A stretch of 64,000 bases of DNA from Chiloscyllium plagiosum. Lineage: Eukaryota. The position numbers were made by a program, and so were the translations under genes. The stretch lies in the NCBI RefSeq assembly GCF_004010195.1, contig NC_057719.1:5146412-5210411 (forward strand), given 5' to 3'. Of this stretch, positions 63,390-64,000 are shown piece by piece (the stretch's first letter is position 1; every line of letters starts with the position of its first letter). The notes under the pieces are model-generated. The model searched no databases, was not told the origin of the DNA, and saw only the letters and a program-made list of their open reading frames with translations.

Positions 63390-63750
63390 TGAATGTCTAT
63401 GTGAACATGTGTGAGCGTATGTCAGTGAATGTGTGATGTATCTCTGTGAGTGTGTGTTTTAGAGTGACTGAGCATGTGTGTGTTAGTGTTATTGTGTGCA
63501 AGTCTGTGAAAATCTGTGTGTATGTGTATGTTTCTGAATGTGAGTGTGTGTCTAAGAGAAACAAGTATGTGTATGTGTTTGTGTGAGTATCTATGGGTGT
63601 GAATATCTATACGTATATGTGTTACTGTGTGTGCGTTTCTATATGAGTCTCTGTGTGTAACTGAGTGTATGAGTATCTATGTGTGTGTGTTACTGTGAAT
63701 ATCTGTGTGTGTTACTGTGCGTGTGAGTATCTATATGTGTCTGTGTGTGA
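63390..63750. repeat. Degenerate (TG)n low-complexity tract
   Basis: Direct observation. Confidence 0.9.
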
Positions 63751-64000
63751 TTGAGACATTTGAGCCCCATCTACCCAATCCACATGCATGTGGCAGAGCC
63801 TGCAAGTCACACATGGGATACATTAATCATCCCAGAACTCCCTGAAGCATTAAGGGATTACAATTATTCACTTCTACTGATCTGGCTTTGAAACTCCCTG
63901 TCGAGAGCTGTTCTATCATGGACTGCCTGAACAACTTCTCCAGCTCCAGTCGATCACCTTCCTGTCCTGGGTCCACACTTGTCCAAATGCCAAAAACTGC

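Noticed and set aside
1..64000. Autonomous Penelope-like ORF (RT + GIY-YIG) as the mobilising partner
   Set aside because: No such ORF is visible in this window, so the Penelope link rests on architecture and motif only.

Overview
Repeat-dense vertebrate DNA, very probably from a shark or other elasmobranch, judging by HE1-like tRNA-SINEs, HER1/CR1 LINEs and Deu-type SINE pieces. There is one convincing protein-coding gene: a single-coding-exon GPR68/OGR1-like proton-sensing GPCR (62076-63104, +), with a splice acceptor at 61940 and a candidate promoter/first exon about 22 kb upstream (~39100-39723). Most other ORFs in the track are decayed CR1, Rex1, L2 or Gypsy remnants, or chance frames in repeats. 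The most striking signal is a set of more than 25 short (~130-280 bp) non-coding insertions from 4-5 sequence families. Each carries, or is a fragment of a unit carrying, a minimal type-I hammerhead-ribozyme-like core (CTGA[T/A]GA-A-stemII-GAAA-palindrome-NTH). Many are fold-back (tail-to-tail) palindromes flanked by 11-15 bp target-site duplications. They look like non-autonomous Penelope-like or retrozyme-like retroelements, with several informative structural variants: a tandem core joined at the predicted cleavage site, a core closed by a ~60-bp stem, and one family nested in the centre of another. Ribozyme activity is inferred from motif and covariation only. The window also has a ~1.5-kb near-identical duplication inserted into a young CR1, and an assembly gap (59760-59983). 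Repeat boundaries are approximate unless a TSD is given.
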